This document shows, piece by piece, positions 1-9,367 of a DNA stretch of 63,215 nucleotides; within the stretch, counting starts at the first letter, position 1, and every line of letters begins with the position of its first letter. The stretch is from an uncultured Bacilli bacterium (GTDB lineage Bacteria > Bacillota_I > Bacilli_A > RFN20 > CAG-631), in NCBI GenBank assembly GCA_934202505.1, contig CAKPXW010000001.1, forward strand, positions 1 to 63,215, given 5' to 3'. Under the pieces are notes generated by a model. That model ran no database searches and had not been told where the DNA came from. It saw only the letters and a list, made by a program, of their open reading frames with translations. Position numbers and translations under genes: made by a program.

Positions 1-1
1 G

Positions 2-77
2 CATAGGATAATCAATTTTGGTAGTTGATATTCTATGCTTTTTATTCTTTTGTCATTCTTAACTTAATGACATTGGG
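2..77. repeat. Left arm of a perfect 76-nt terminal inverted repeat (partner 63140..63215). It contains two hairpins; read inward, the outer one is followed by a T-run.
   Basis: Base-by-base reverse-complement comparison of 2..77 with 63140..63215 gives 76/76 matches. Identity stops at 78 and 63139. Confidence 0.95.
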
Positions 78-90
78 ATCTCGGTCCCTT

Positions 91-894
91 TTATTTTTGT
101 TTAATTAAATTTAATTTACATAAGGCATAATAAATACCATCATCATTATTACTTAAAGTAATATTTTTATATTTTTCTTTTAATTCTTTAGGAGAGTTAT
201 CCATTAAATAACTTTCATTGACTACATCTAACATATCAACATCATTGTAATTATCTCCAAAAGCAATAGAAGAGGAAATATCTATATTTAAATATTCGCA
301 CATTCTTTTAACGCCAATTCCTTTATTGTTAAATTTTGGCATCACTTCAATTAAAATATTTGAGGATTTAACTATATTATGATTTGGAAATCTTTGTTTT
401 AAAATTTGTAAATATTTATCTGAATTTTCTTCTTTAGACATACATAAAATTTTGTTAATTGGTAAATGACCATCAAATGAATTTATGTCTCCTTGTTTTG
501 CTAAATAATTAATTAAAAATTCTTCTCTTTTGATGGCTTCATTTTGAACATTTTTACAAATCCATTTATCAATATCATAAAGATTCCATACCAAATCTAA
601 TTTTTCATTTTCTATATAATCAATTATTTTTTTTGCTTCTTCTTTTAAAAATCCTTTATTAAATAAGACTTCTCCTTTTTTATTTATTATAACTCCACCA
701 CCATAACATATAATGTTACAATTAAAACTATATTTTTTTAAAATTGGCATAATACCAAAATTTGGTCTTGAAGAAACAATCACGAATTCAATATTATTTT
801 TTTGTAATTCATTAATCGCATATAAAGTTTTAGGAGTGATTTCTTTATTATCATTTAATAATGTTCCATCAATATCACTAAACACTATTTTCAT
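91..894 (-). CDS. Cof-type HAD-IIB phosphatase (sugar-phosphatase-like)
   Basis: 267-aa ORF. HAD motif I (DIDGTLL) at the N-terminus and GDNYNDVDM near the C-terminus, with a Cof/YidA-like cap region. Confidence 0.85.
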   Translation of the reverse strand: MKIVFSDIDGTLLNDNKEITPKTLYAINELQKNNIEFVIVSSRPNFGIMPILKKYSFNCNIICYGGGVIINKKGEVLFNKGFLKEEAKKIIDYIENEKLDLVWNLYDIDKWICKNVQNEAIKREEFLINYLAKQGDINSFDGHLPINKILCMSKEENSDKYLQILKQRFPNHNIVKSSNILIEVMPKFNNKGIGVKRMCEYLNIDISSSIAFGDNYNDVDMLDVVNESYLMDNSPKELKEKYKNITLSNNDDGIYYALCKLNLIKQK

Positions 895-895
895 T

Positions 896-1627
896 TTACT
901 TACACTTTCTTATAAGTTTGTTATAATGTTCATTACGAAATGGAACTAACCCTATTGGCGTAATTGATATATAGCCATTATATACTGCACTTACATCATA
1001 TTCATCATTGTCTGTTATATCATCATGTACTCTATGGAAATCATAAAAATCTGTTTTTTCATCATATCCTAATATTTCATAATAGGTATGTCTTCTATAT
1101 AATTTGGTAATTTTTATTCCTTTTGGTTTTTCAAATTTTGGATCATTAAAATTCACACATAGATAATATTTTGTAGAAAGTAATTTATTTTCTAGCACAT
1201 AATCTAAAGTGCTTTTTAAACTTTGTTCAATTTGCCAAGGCTTTTCAAATTTTTCAGCAGAAAAAGCAATAGCTTTATTGCCAAAAATCAAAGATTGAAA
1301 ACAAGCACCACATGTACCTGAATACATTGTATCTAAAGAAAGATTAAATCCATTATTACAACCTGAAACGACAAAATCAAATTTAATATTAGCAAATACA
1401 ACTGAAGCAAATTGCATACAATCAACTGGTGTGCCTTCAACAATATATGTGCATTCATCTATCTTATGTGCAACAAGTCCTTTAAAAGATGTTAATCCAC
1501 AGCCCATACCACTTTTAACACTACTTGGAGCAACCATATAGACTTTACCATATTGCTCTAATACTTTTTTTACACTTTGAATACCAATTGCTTGATATCC
1601 ATCATCATTCGTAAGTAATATATTCAT
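896..1627 (-). CDS. surE: 5'/3'-nucleotidase SurE
   Basis: N-terminal ILLTNDDG signature and typical length (243 aa). 1-nt spacing to the downstream HAD gene. Confidence 0.85.
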   Translation of the reverse strand: MNILLTNDDGYQAIGIQSVKKVLEQYGKVYMVAPSSVKSGMGCGLTSFKGLVAHKIDECTYIVEGTPVDCMQFASVVFANIKFDFVVSGCNNGFNLSLDTMYSGTCGACFQSLIFGNKAIAFSAEKFEKPWQIEQSLKSTLDYVLENKLLSTKYYLCVNFNDPKFEKPKGIKITKLYRRHTYYEILGYDEKTDFYDFHRVHDDITDNDEYDVSAVYNGYISITPIGLVPFRNEHYNKLIRKCK

Positions 1628-2550
1628 TATTTTTCTCCATTCATTGCTTTTAAAATTTCAAATCCATCAGTTCTTTTTTTATTAATAACATATGTTGATG
1701 ATAAATAATCATGTGGTCCACTATTTGTTTTAGTGAAGCAAATCATAAACATAGTGACAAAAAGTGGAATAAATGCTCCATAACTTAATTTTATATATAA
1801 TATAAAAGGTAAACATACATTTATAGTAATCAATACTAATGCTCTTAAGACAATTTGTGATTTTTTTACAGCTGTATTATCTTTAGATAATAAGCATATT
1901 TTAAAAATGATTTGTCCTATTGTTTCTCCTTCTTTCCTACATAATGGAATAATCATATAGAAAAATATTGAAGAAATAAGTGCTGATAATAGTAAGCTAA
2001 AAAGTAAAATATAAAATGATTTTTTCGAACTAGTAACATATTCTGGTGTATCATTTAAAAAATCAAGAGCTTTTTCATATTGATTAATATAAAACTGTTG
2101 TACATCACTATCTTTATTGTCATTTTTCAATACGTATTGATTATTTTCATTTAATTTAAACAATCCAGAATCTATTTTACTTTGTGTATATTGTTGCATT
2201 TTTTCATATTCAATAGCATCTTCATTGGTAGAATAATAATTTGTTATTACCATTTCATAAGTATCTGCATTGTATTCAATTTTTTCAAAAGAATTTCCAT
2301 TTTTTTGATATAAGTTAGATTCTTCAAGAATTGTATGAGCTGTATCAAGATACTTATAATAGCCTAATGGTTTAAATAAAGTTATTTGTATTAAAAGTTC
2401 TAACCCAAAAGCAACTATAATAATTAATAATACATCAATAATTCCTGCACCAAATCTACTAAACAAATAAGGACGGGGTGTTGTTTTTTTCTTTTCTTTT
2501 TTTATAATTTCTTTATCTATTTGTTCCATTAAACAATCTTCTTTTTTCAT
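1627..2550 (-). CDS. RDD-family membrane protein with a ~130-aa extracytoplasmic insert
   Basis: RFGAGIIDVLL, GETIGQIIFKI and HDYLSSTYV match the RDD pattern. Start moved to ATG 2550 (GAGGT 4 nt upstream); the track start at 2607 is TTG with no SD. Confidence 0.6.
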   Translation of the reverse strand: MKKEDCLMEQIDKEIIKKEKKKTTPRPYLFSRFGAGIIDVLLIIIVAFGLELLIQITLFKPLGYYKYLDTAHTILEESNLYQKNGNSFEKIEYNADTYEMVITNYYSTNEDAIEYEKMQQYTQSKIDSGLFKLNENNQYVLKNDNKDSDVQQFYINQYEKALDFLNDTPEYVTSSKKSFYILLFSLLLSALISSIFFYMIIPLCRKEGETIGQIIFKICLLSKDNTAVKKSQIVLRALVLITINVCLPFILYIKLSYGAFIPLFVTMFMICFTKTNSGPHDYLSSTYVINKKRTDGFEILKAMNGEK

Positions 2551-2636
2551 AGTTACCTCTTTATATTTTTTTTCTTTAATATTAACATTTTTTTTCTTTA
2601 TTTTCAATGAATAAAAAAGACGTTATTATTCTAAAG

Positions 2637-2670
2637 AATAATAAAAGGTTCCCATTTTAAAGAGAACCTT
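2637..2670 (-). terminator. Rho-independent terminator after the ABC importer operon
   Basis: Minus strand reads aaggttc-N12-gaacctt followed by TTTTATTATT. Confidence 0.6.
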
Positions 2671-2676
2671 ATTTTA

Positions 2677-3789
2677 TTATTTTACTTTAATTGACCCCAT
2701 TGCAATATTCTTTTTTGTTTCTTTGTCAAACAAAATAATATTTTTGCTAACAATGTCAAACTTAATTTCTTCATCAACAGAATAGTCAATTGAACCAAAT
2801 ACAACTGAAGAAAGAATTTCATCATTTACTTTAATTTTTACAGTTGTTTCCATACCTGCAGGAAGCGTTGAGTAAGCAAGTCCATCAATTTTTCCATTTT
2901 CACTAATTGGTAAAAATTCAGGACGTATTCCTAATATAACATCTTCATTATTAAGTTCTATATCATTATCACTTTCAAATATTGCTTTAACACCTAATAG
3001 TTCAATTTCCACTTGATTATTTGCTACTTTGTGTGCTGTTGCATGAATGAAATTCATTGTTGGATTACCAACGAAGTCAGCTACAAATAAATTTGCTGGG
3101 CGATTATAAACTACAAGTGGTGGATCATATTGTTGTAAAACACCAGTTTCAATTAAGCAAATTCTTGTCGCTAATGTCATAGCTTCAAGTTGATCATGAG
3201 TTACATATACAAATGTACTATTTGTATCAGAATGTAAACGTTTTAATTCAGTTCTCATTTCTCCACGTAATTTTGCATCCAAATTTGATAATGGTTCATC
3301 CATAAACAATACTTTTGGTTGTGGAGCTAATGTTCTTGCAATAGCAACTCTTTGTTGTTGCCCTCCTGATAATTCAGCTGGATAACGATCTTTAAATTGT
3401 TCAATCTTTAGCATTTTCATTACTTCTTGAACACGATCTTTAATTTTTTCTTTAGGCCATTTTAAATTTTCAAGTCCAAATGCAATATTTTTATAAACTG
3501 TCATATGTGGCCATAAAGCATAGTTTTGGAATAAAAATCCAATATCTCTTTTTGCTGGCGAAATATTAATTCCTTTTTCTGAATCAAAAACAACAGTATC
3601 ACCAATAATTATTTTTCCTTCAGTAGGTGTTTCAAGACCGGCAATCATTCTTAAAGTAGTAGTTTTTCCACAGCCAGAAGGCCCAAGTAATGTAATGAAC
3701 TCTCTATCTTCAATAACCATATTTAAGTGATCTACACCAACGAAGTTTCCCCAACGTTTTGAAACGTTAATTAGTTCTATTCTAGGCAT
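2677..3789 (-). CDS. ABC transporter ATP-binding protein (MalK/PotA/FbpC type with C-terminal regulatory domain)
   Basis: Walker A GPSGCGKTT, signature LSGGQQQRVAIAR, Walker B LFMDEPLSNLD. About 130 aa of C-terminal TOBE-like extension. Confidence 0.9.
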   Translation of the reverse strand: MPRIELINVSKRWGNFVGVDHLNMVIEDREFITLLGPSGCGKTTTLRMIAGLETPTEGKIIIGDTVVFDSEKGINISPAKRDIGFLFQNYALWPHMTVYKNIAFGLENLKWPKEKIKDRVQEVMKMLKIEQFKDRYPAELSGGQQQRVAIARTLAPQPKVLFMDEPLSNLDAKLRGEMRTELKRLHSDTNSTFVYVTHDQLEAMTLATRICLIETGVLQQYDPPLVVYNRPANLFVADFVGNPTMNFIHATAHKVANNQVEIELLGVKAIFESDNDIELNNEDVILGIRPEFLPISENGKIDGLAYSTLPAGMETTVKIKVNDEILSSVVFGSIDYSVDEEIKFDIVSKNIILFDKETKKNIAMGSIKVK

Positions 3790-3792
3790 ATT

Positions 3793-5706
3793 TTATCCTC
3801 CAATACCTTTATCAATTGATGCTCCAGTTAGTTTATTAACAAGGAAGTTAATTCCAATAACAAACACAACTATTAATAAGTTAATACCATTTGAAATTTG
3901 AGAAGCACCATTTCTTGTGTAATATTCCATTACGTTTGTTGCTAATGTAAAACTTGAAGTAACTAATATAAACAATGTGTATTCTCTCATACAAGATATA
4001 AATGGAAGCAAATATCCACTTATAAAACTTGATTTTTGAATTGGGAAAAGAATTTTAACCATTCTCTTTGGCCAAGAGCAACCAGTAATAATTGCTGCTT
4101 CTTCAATTTCACCTGATAATTGTAGCATCGCATTTGTACCACTTCTTGATGCAAATGGTAAGAACTTAATTCCACCAACAATAATACAAATACCAATAGC
4201 GGACCATTCAGATAAAGTAGTAGATACGTCAAGGAAACTAAATGTTTCTGTTTTAATTAAAGCAAAGAATACTGCACTGAAGCTTAATGCTGGAATTAAG
4301 TAAGGAAGGAATGCCATACTTGATACTAAGTTTGCAAATCTACTACGACGATTTTTACTTACAGCATATCCAATTAAAATTCCACATGTACCACAAATTA
4401 ATGAAACAATAATAGAAATAAATACACTTCTTCCAAAAGCAGCCATAACTGTTTTATTGAAGAAAATACCTTTTGTAGATAAATCTCTTGATTCAAGGAA
4501 TTTATCATCAATTGTATCTTTTCTACTAAACCAATATTTCATAGTAATAGTCTTTATACTTCCTGGAGTTTCTTCTAAACTTTCAAGAATAAATGTTATT
4601 AAAGGTACAATAGCAAAAAATGTAACTAAAACACAAATGATTACTGCAATTGCATATTTTGCTTTCTTTAAATCAATTTTACTAATTTGGCCAGACTTTC
4701 CTGAAACAGTAGTAAAGTTTCTTCTACTTTTTGTAAACCAGTTATTTAATGTCAAAATTAATATACTAAATATTAATAATATTGTAGCAATTACATAGCC
4801 TTCTCCTTGTTTTCCTGCAGCAAGTGTACTTCTCATAGTAATAGAAATAAAATACTGAGGATTTGTTTTACATAAGAAAGCAGGTACTGTATAACTAGAT
4901 ATTGAACTAGCAAAAACTAATAAAATTGTAGATATCATTGCTGGAGCAACGATAGGTAATGTAATCTTTCTAATAATTTTAAATCTTGAGGCTTTTAAGA
5001 TTGTAGCTGCTTCTTCTAAGTTAGCATCCATGTTTCTTAAAATACCACCAATTAAAATGTAAGCAAATGGAGCATAGTGAATTCCCATAACTACTGCTGT
5101 TGGGAAAAATCCATATACCATCCATTCTGGTGCACATATTCCTGTTAAAGATTCCAATAAACCTATACCAGGAGAAGCATCTACACCACTATTTTTAAAG
5201 AAGTTTTCCCAGAACATAGCAATAGACCATGATGGCATAATATATGGGAAAACAAATACTGTTGAAATAAATTTCTTAAATGGAATATTTGTTCTTGTAA
5301 TTAAAAATGCAAGAAGTCCACCTGCAAATACAGCAATTAAACAAGCAACCAAAGCCATTAATACAGAACGTCCTAATGGAGCCCAAAAGAATTGTGATGA
5401 ATATCCTTCTGTTTTATTATTAAATAGCAGTGATGGCCATTGTAAGAAAGTAAAATCTCCTTTCTTTAATTGTGTATCCCATATTTCATTAATATTTTTT
5501 GCTTCAGAACGAGTATGTACTGTTAATGAGTCAAATATCATTGATATTAATGGATAAATAACTCCTGCAGCTAAAACAATAAAAAATATTACTAAAATTA
5601 TATTGGATGGCTTAGAGAAAAATGCTTTTAATTTATTACCAAATTTTTTTAAGAAATCTTTTGAATCGTTTTTGGCTTTTGTAGCCACATTATCAACTTT
5701 TGTCAT
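3793..5706 (-). CDS. ABC transporter permease with two fused transmembrane domains (COG1178 Fe3+/thiamine-type architecture)
   Basis: 637 aa and highly hydrophobic. Two EAA-loop motifs (LEEAATILKASRF.., IEEAAIITGCSWP..), one per half. Confidence 0.85.
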   Translation of the reverse strand: MTKVDNVATKAKNDSKDFLKKFGNKLKAFFSKPSNIILVIFFIVLAAGVIYPLISMIFDSLTVHTRSEAKNINEIWDTQLKKGDFTFLQWPSLLFNNKTEGYSSQFFWAPLGRSVLMALVACLIAVFAGGLLAFLITRTNIPFKKFISTVFVFPYIMPSWSIAMFWENFFKNSGVDASPGIGLLESLTGICAPEWMVYGFFPTAVVMGIHYAPFAYILIGGILRNMDANLEEAATILKASRFKIIRKITLPIVAPAMISTILLVFASSISSYTVPAFLCKTNPQYFISITMRSTLAAGKQGEGYVIATILLIFSILILTLNNWFTKSRRNFTTVSGKSGQISKIDLKKAKYAIAVIICVLVTFFAIVPLITFILESLEETPGSIKTITMKYWFSRKDTIDDKFLESRDLSTKGIFFNKTVMAAFGRSVFISIIVSLICGTCGILIGYAVSKNRRSRFANLVSSMAFLPYLIPALSFSAVFFALIKTETFSFLDVSTTLSEWSAIGICIIVGGIKFLPFASRSGTNAMLQLSGEIEEAAIITGCSWPKRMVKILFPIQKSSFISGYLLPFISCMREYTLFILVTSSFTLATNVMEYYTRNGASQISNGINLLIVVFVIGINFLVNKLTGASIDKGIGG

Positions 5707-5743
5707 TTCATTTCTCCTAAAATCCGTATTTATAATTTAGAAA

Positions 5744-5765
5744 TGGGGGAGTTTTATCTCCCCCA
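5744..5765 (-). terminator. GC-rich hairpin between the binding-protein gene and the permease gene (partial terminator or mRNA stabiliser)
   Basis: tgggggag-N6-ctccccca is an unusually GC-rich stem for this genome. The downstream U-tract is weak (TTTCTAAATT). Confidence 0.5.
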
Positions 5766-5802
5766 ATAAAAACTAATTAATATAATTATTAACTACACTA
5801 AA

Positions 5803-7149
5803 CTAAGCCTTTGTATTCTTACTTACTAAAGCTAAAATCTTATTAACTTGAGAAATCTTAATATCTTTTAAATAAGAATAGTTTTCATTAAGTTCTTTTG
5901 CTTTATGAGTATCTCTATCCCAATCGCCTTTAGCATAAGTAATGCTGTTTGATGCTGGGAAATAGTAACCATATTGATTAACTGCAGTTGTTCCAGTTGT
6001 ACCATCAGCTGCTGGAAGTTTTGAATTATAAACTGCTGCAGAATAGCAATCTAATGTTAATAAGTTTCTTGCATATAAACAAGCTGTATAAGGATGTTTT
6101 GCATTATTAACGATTTGTGAACACATAGTATACATGAATCCATTAAATCCATTAATTTCCCAATCCCATTTAACTGTTGACATAGCATTAATATTCTTTT
6201 CATTATCTTCAATTGTGCCATTGCCATCTAAGTCAACATCATAGTTCTTGCCTACTGCATCTTTCATTTTTGCAAATGCACCATAGTAAACATAACCAGC
6301 TGCCCAGTCATCTTTTAATTGAGTTTCTTTCATAGCTGTACCATCTGATGAATGCCATCTTGAAATGTTAGCGATGAATTCTTCTACCCATTGTTGACCA
6401 GCTGAAGAATATTTATCAGATGACCAATCTTTTTTATAGTAATCTTTATAAGCTTTTTCAATTCTAGCTTGATTTGCAGGATCTTCACAGCTTAATAAGA
6501 AAGACATGTTAATTTGTTCAGTAGTTGGAGTTTGGAAAGATACTTTTCCTAAATGATCAGCATCCTTTTCTGATCCAGCAAGTTGCCAAATGTTATATAA
6601 TCTCTTTCCTGTAACATTTTCAAAGTTAGTATTTGTATAGAAAATTTTGTTAAAGTGAACCCCTTTTAATGGTTTTGTATCTTCTTCACTTAAACCGATT
6701 GCTTTCCAATCAGATGGAACAAAGTTGTGTAGTAAATCGCCATCATAGTCTGCAATTGATCTTACATCTTGTACTAATGCAAAATCAGCAAAATAAGATG
6801 TTCCAGCAGTTTCTAATGCTGATAATAATTGGTAATCTTTATAGTCACTCTTACAATAAGCATTGCTCTTGCTTGCATCTTTTGAATCAAATTTAATCCA
6901 ATCATACTTTGAAGCAAAACTTGTTAAACTTGCTTTTAAAAGGGAAGTTAAACCAACTACTTTAAAAGTATCATTTGAATTTTTCATTTCTTCTTTTGAT
7001 TTAGCTTCAAGTTCAGCTAGTGTTAATTTTCCTGCTTCTTCAACAATTTTTGCTGTACCAGTTAATTCATCTTTGTCCTTCTTACATGATGTTACTGTAA
7101 ATACAGAAGCAGCCATTAAAATTGTACTTAAAATGTTAATCTTTTTCAT
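5803..7149 (-). CDS. ABC transporter substrate-binding lipoprotein, substrate unknown
   Basis: Signal peptide ending in a lipobox-like VTSC. 448 aa. First gene of the SBP-permease-ATPase operon. Confidence 0.75.
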   Translation of the reverse strand: MKKINILSTILMAASVFTVTSCKKDKDELTGTAKIVEEAGKLTLAELEAKSKEEMKNSNDTFKVVGLTSLLKASLTSFASKYDWIKFDSKDASKSNAYCKSDYKDYQLLSALETAGTSYFADFALVQDVRSIADYDGDLLHNFVPSDWKAIGLSEEDTKPLKGVHFNKIFYTNTNFENVTGKRLYNIWQLAGSEKDADHLGKVSFQTPTTEQINMSFLLSCEDPANQARIEKAYKDYYKKDWSSDKYSSAGQQWVEEFIANISRWHSSDGTAMKETQLKDDWAAGYVYYGAFAKMKDAVGKNYDVDLDGNGTIEDNEKNINAMSTVKWDWEINGFNGFMYTMCSQIVNNAKHPYTACLYARNLLTLDCYSAAVYNSKLPAADGTTGTTAVNQYGYYFPASNSITYAKGDWDRDTHKAKELNENYSYLKDIKISQVNKILALVSKNTKA

Positions 7150-7262
7150 TTTTAATTTTTATTCCTCCTATATTAAAAATTGAAAACAGATAAGAAAAAT
7201 AGAACTAAAGTATTCATGTCTTTATTATTCGCTATTTTCTTAAATCTAGGATTATTATAGAA

Positions 7263-7276
7263 TGAAAGCGCTTTGA
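7263..7276. promoter_or_regulatory. Candidate catabolite-responsive element (cre) in the divergent ABC-importer / aldolase intergenic region
   Basis: TGAAAGCGCTTTGA compared with the cre consensus TGWNANCGNTNWCA: one mismatch at the penultimate position. Confidence 0.4.
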
Positions 7277-7283
7277 ACGCAAT

Positions 7284-7330
7284 AAAAAAGTAAAAAAAAA
7301 GTAAAAAAAGTAATTAAAATGTAAAATATA
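7284..7330 (+). promoter_or_regulatory. Phased A-tracts (curved-DNA or UP-element-like) upstream of the first aldolase gene
   Basis: A6-9 runs punctuated by GTA at 7290, 7301, 7310 and 7321 (spacings of 11, 9 and 11 nt). Confidence 0.35.
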
Positions 7331-7333
7331 TTC

Positions 7334-7362
7334 TTTTAAATTATATTTTATTTTGCTATATT
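7334..7362 (+). promoter_or_regulatory. Candidate promoter of the aldolase genes (extended -10)
   Basis: TGcTATATT at 7354..7362. A weak -35-like TTTTAA lies 17 nt upstream. Confidence 0.4.
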
Positions 7363-7394
7363 AATAATTAGAAAACAAAAAAGGAGATAATTAT

Positions 7395-8321
7395 ATGCCA
7401 CTTGTAAATACTAATAAAATATTTAAAGATGCTTATAAAAATCATTATTCAATTGGAGCATTTAATGTTGATAGTATTGCTATGTGTCAAGCTGTAATTC
7501 AAGCTGCTGAAGAATTAAAATCACCTGTTATTGTATCTTTTTCTAAAGGATCAAGGGAATTTGTTCATCCTGGCAATATTAAAGAATTGCTTCTTTGCGT
7601 CACTAAAGATATTACTATCCCATTTGCCATTCATTTGGATCATGGAAAATCTGTAGAACTTTGCAAAGCATGTATTGATGAAGGGTTTACATCAGTTATG
7701 ATTGATGCAAGTGCTTATGATTTTGAAGAAAACATCCGCCAAACTAAAGAAGTCGTTGAATATGCTCATGCACGTGGTGTAAGTGTAGAAGGAGAACTTG
7801 GACCTTTTAAAAATGAGCAAGATGAAAAATATAAACATTTTACAAACCCCCAAAAAGTAAAAGAATTCGTAGAAAGAACTGGAGTTGATAGTCTTGCCGT
7901 ATCTATAGGTACTGGTCATGGAACATGTAAATTTAAAAAAGATGAAACGCCAAATTTAAGATTTGATATTGTAGAAGAAATACAAAATCTTTTACCAGGA
8001 TTTCCACTTGTTTTACATGGATCAAGTAGTATTCCTGAAAAGTATATAAACCAATTCAATAAATATGGTGGAAATATTCATAATACCCAAGGAATTCCTG
8101 AAGAACTATTAAATAAAGCTTCTAAAATGGCTGTCTGTAAGATAAATATCGGAACTGATTTTAGATTAGCTTATGTTGGAGCTTTAAGAAAATCTTTATG
8201 TGAAATAAAAGATAAATATGAGCCAAGAAATTTCCTAGTTCCTGCTAAAGAAGCAGCTTACACACTAGTGAAAGAAAAAATAAGTAATGTTTTCAATAGC
8301 GCATGGCGTGTTAAAAATTAA
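7395..8321 (+). CDS. Class II ketose-bisphosphate aldolase, divergent paralog
   Basis: HLDHG, GTGHG and LVLHGSS metal-site motifs are retained. The loop after ELG is 5 residues shorter than in the downstream paralog and lacks G-x-E-D-D. Confidence 0.85.
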   Translation: MPLVNTNKIFKDAYKNHYSIGAFNVDSIAMCQAVIQAAEELKSPVIVSFSKGSREFVHPGNIKELLLCVTKDITIPFAIHLDHGKSVELCKACIDEGFTSVMIDASAYDFEENIRQTKEVVEYAHARGVSVEGELGPFKNEQDEKYKHFTNPQKVKEFVERTGVDSLAVSIGTGHGTCKFKKDETPNLRFDIVEEIQNLLPGFPLVLHGSSSIPEKYINQFNKYGGNIHNTQGIPEELLNKASKMAVCKINIGTDFRLAYVGALRKSLCEIKDKYEPRNFLVPAKEAAYTLVKEKISNVFNSAWRVKN

Positions 8322-8341
8322 TATATTAAGGAGGGATTTTT

Positions 8342-9283
8342 ATGCCATTAGTTACAACAAAAGAAATGTTTAAAAAAGCATATGAGAAAGGATATGCAAT
8401 CGGTGCATTTAATGTCGATAATGTTGATATTATGAAAGCCGTTCTTGCTGCTGCAGAAAAGAAGCAATCACCAGTAATTATCGCAATTTCAAGTGGAGCT
8501 TTAAAATTCATTGGAACAAATTATATTCGTGAAGTTATCGATTGTGCAATGAAAGAAATCACAGTTCCAGTTGCTCTACATCTTGACCATGGAAAATCTG
8601 TAGAACTTTGCAAACAATGTGTTGATTTAGGTTTCACATCAGTTATGATTGATGCAAGTGCTTATGATTTTGAAGAAAATATTAGATTAACTAAAGAAGT
8701 TGTTGAGTATGCTCATGCTCATGGCGTAGTTGTGGAAAGTGAACTTGGTGCTATCGCTGGTATTGAAGATGATGTAAAAGTTGATGATAAATATGGACAT
8801 TTTACTCATCCAGATGATGTAGTTGAATTTGTTACAAGAACTGGTATTGATAGTCTTGCTATTGCCATTGGTACTGCTCATGGCGCTTATAAGTTTAAGC
8901 CAGGTCAAAAGCCTCAATTAAGATTTGATATCTTAGAAGAAATTGAACAAAAATTACCAGGATTCCCACTTGTTTTACATGGTGCTTCAAGTGTTCCACA
9001 AGAATCATTAAAAGTATTAAATACTTATGGTGGAAAAATGCCTGAAGCTATCGGTATTCCTGAAACAATGTTAAGAGAAGCTGCTAAACATGCAGTATGC
9101 AAAATTAATGTTGGTACTGATATTCGTGTCGCTTATGTTGGAGCTTTAAGAAAAGCATTACATGACAAACCTGAACAATTTGATGTTCGTACATTTATAA
9201 CACCTGCAATGGATGCCGTAACTGCTTTAGTAGAAGACAAATTAGAAAATGTTTTTGGCAGTGCAGGCCACGCAAAAGATTAA
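8342..9283 (+). CDS. fba: Class II fructose-1,6-bisphosphate aldolase
   Basis: HLDHG, ELGAIAGIEDD, GTAHG and LVLHGASS motifs. GGAGG lies 7 nt before the ATG. Confidence 0.9.
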   Translation: MPLVTTKEMFKKAYEKGYAIGAFNVDNVDIMKAVLAAAEKKQSPVIIAISSGALKFIGTNYIREVIDCAMKEITVPVALHLDHGKSVELCKQCVDLGFTSVMIDASAYDFEENIRLTKEVVEYAHAHGVVVESELGAIAGIEDDVKVDDKYGHFTHPDDVVEFVTRTGIDSLAIAIGTAHGAYKFKPGQKPQLRFDILEEIEQKLPGFPLVLHGASSVPQESLKVLNTYGGKMPEAIGIPETMLREAAKHAVCKINVGTDIRVAYVGALRKALHDKPEQFDVRTFITPAMDAVTALVEDKLENVFGSAGHAKD

Positions 9284-9293
9284 TAACATAATA

Positions 9294-9327
9294 TTAGGCT
9301 AGTATTAATTTATTAGCCTTTTATTTT
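9294..9327 (+). terminator. Rho-independent terminator after fba
   Basis: aggcta-N12-tagcct followed by TTTTATTTTT. Confidence 0.6.
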
Positions 9328-9338
9328 TAAATAGCAAA

Positions 9339-9365
9339 TAAAAAATGGCTTTAGCCATTTTTTAG
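9339..9365. terminator. Bidirectional terminator (serves hpf)
   Basis: A-run, then aatggc-ttta-gccatt, then a T-run. Confidence 0.6.
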
Positions 9366-9367
9366 TA

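Noticed and set aside
713-949. 78-aa plus-strand ORF overlapping the HAD and SurE genes. Similar antisense ORFs in the track include 4020..4232, 4457..4798, 6669..7183, 7692..7919, 8326..8917, 12914..13159, 14318..15892, 18334..18819, 19290..19487, 21443..21724, 26767..26973, 29647..30003, 33151..33351, 34120..34326, 36671..36862, 37680..37919, 39252..39621, 39865..40143, 41180..41586, 45604..45801, 52607..52789, 55707..56216, 56990..57172, 61928..62173 and 62642..62878.
   Set aside because: All lie antisense to, or out of frame within, long well-supported genes. They have no SD and show the low-complexity composition (L/F/I/K/N-rich) expected from shadow frames in AT-rich DNA.
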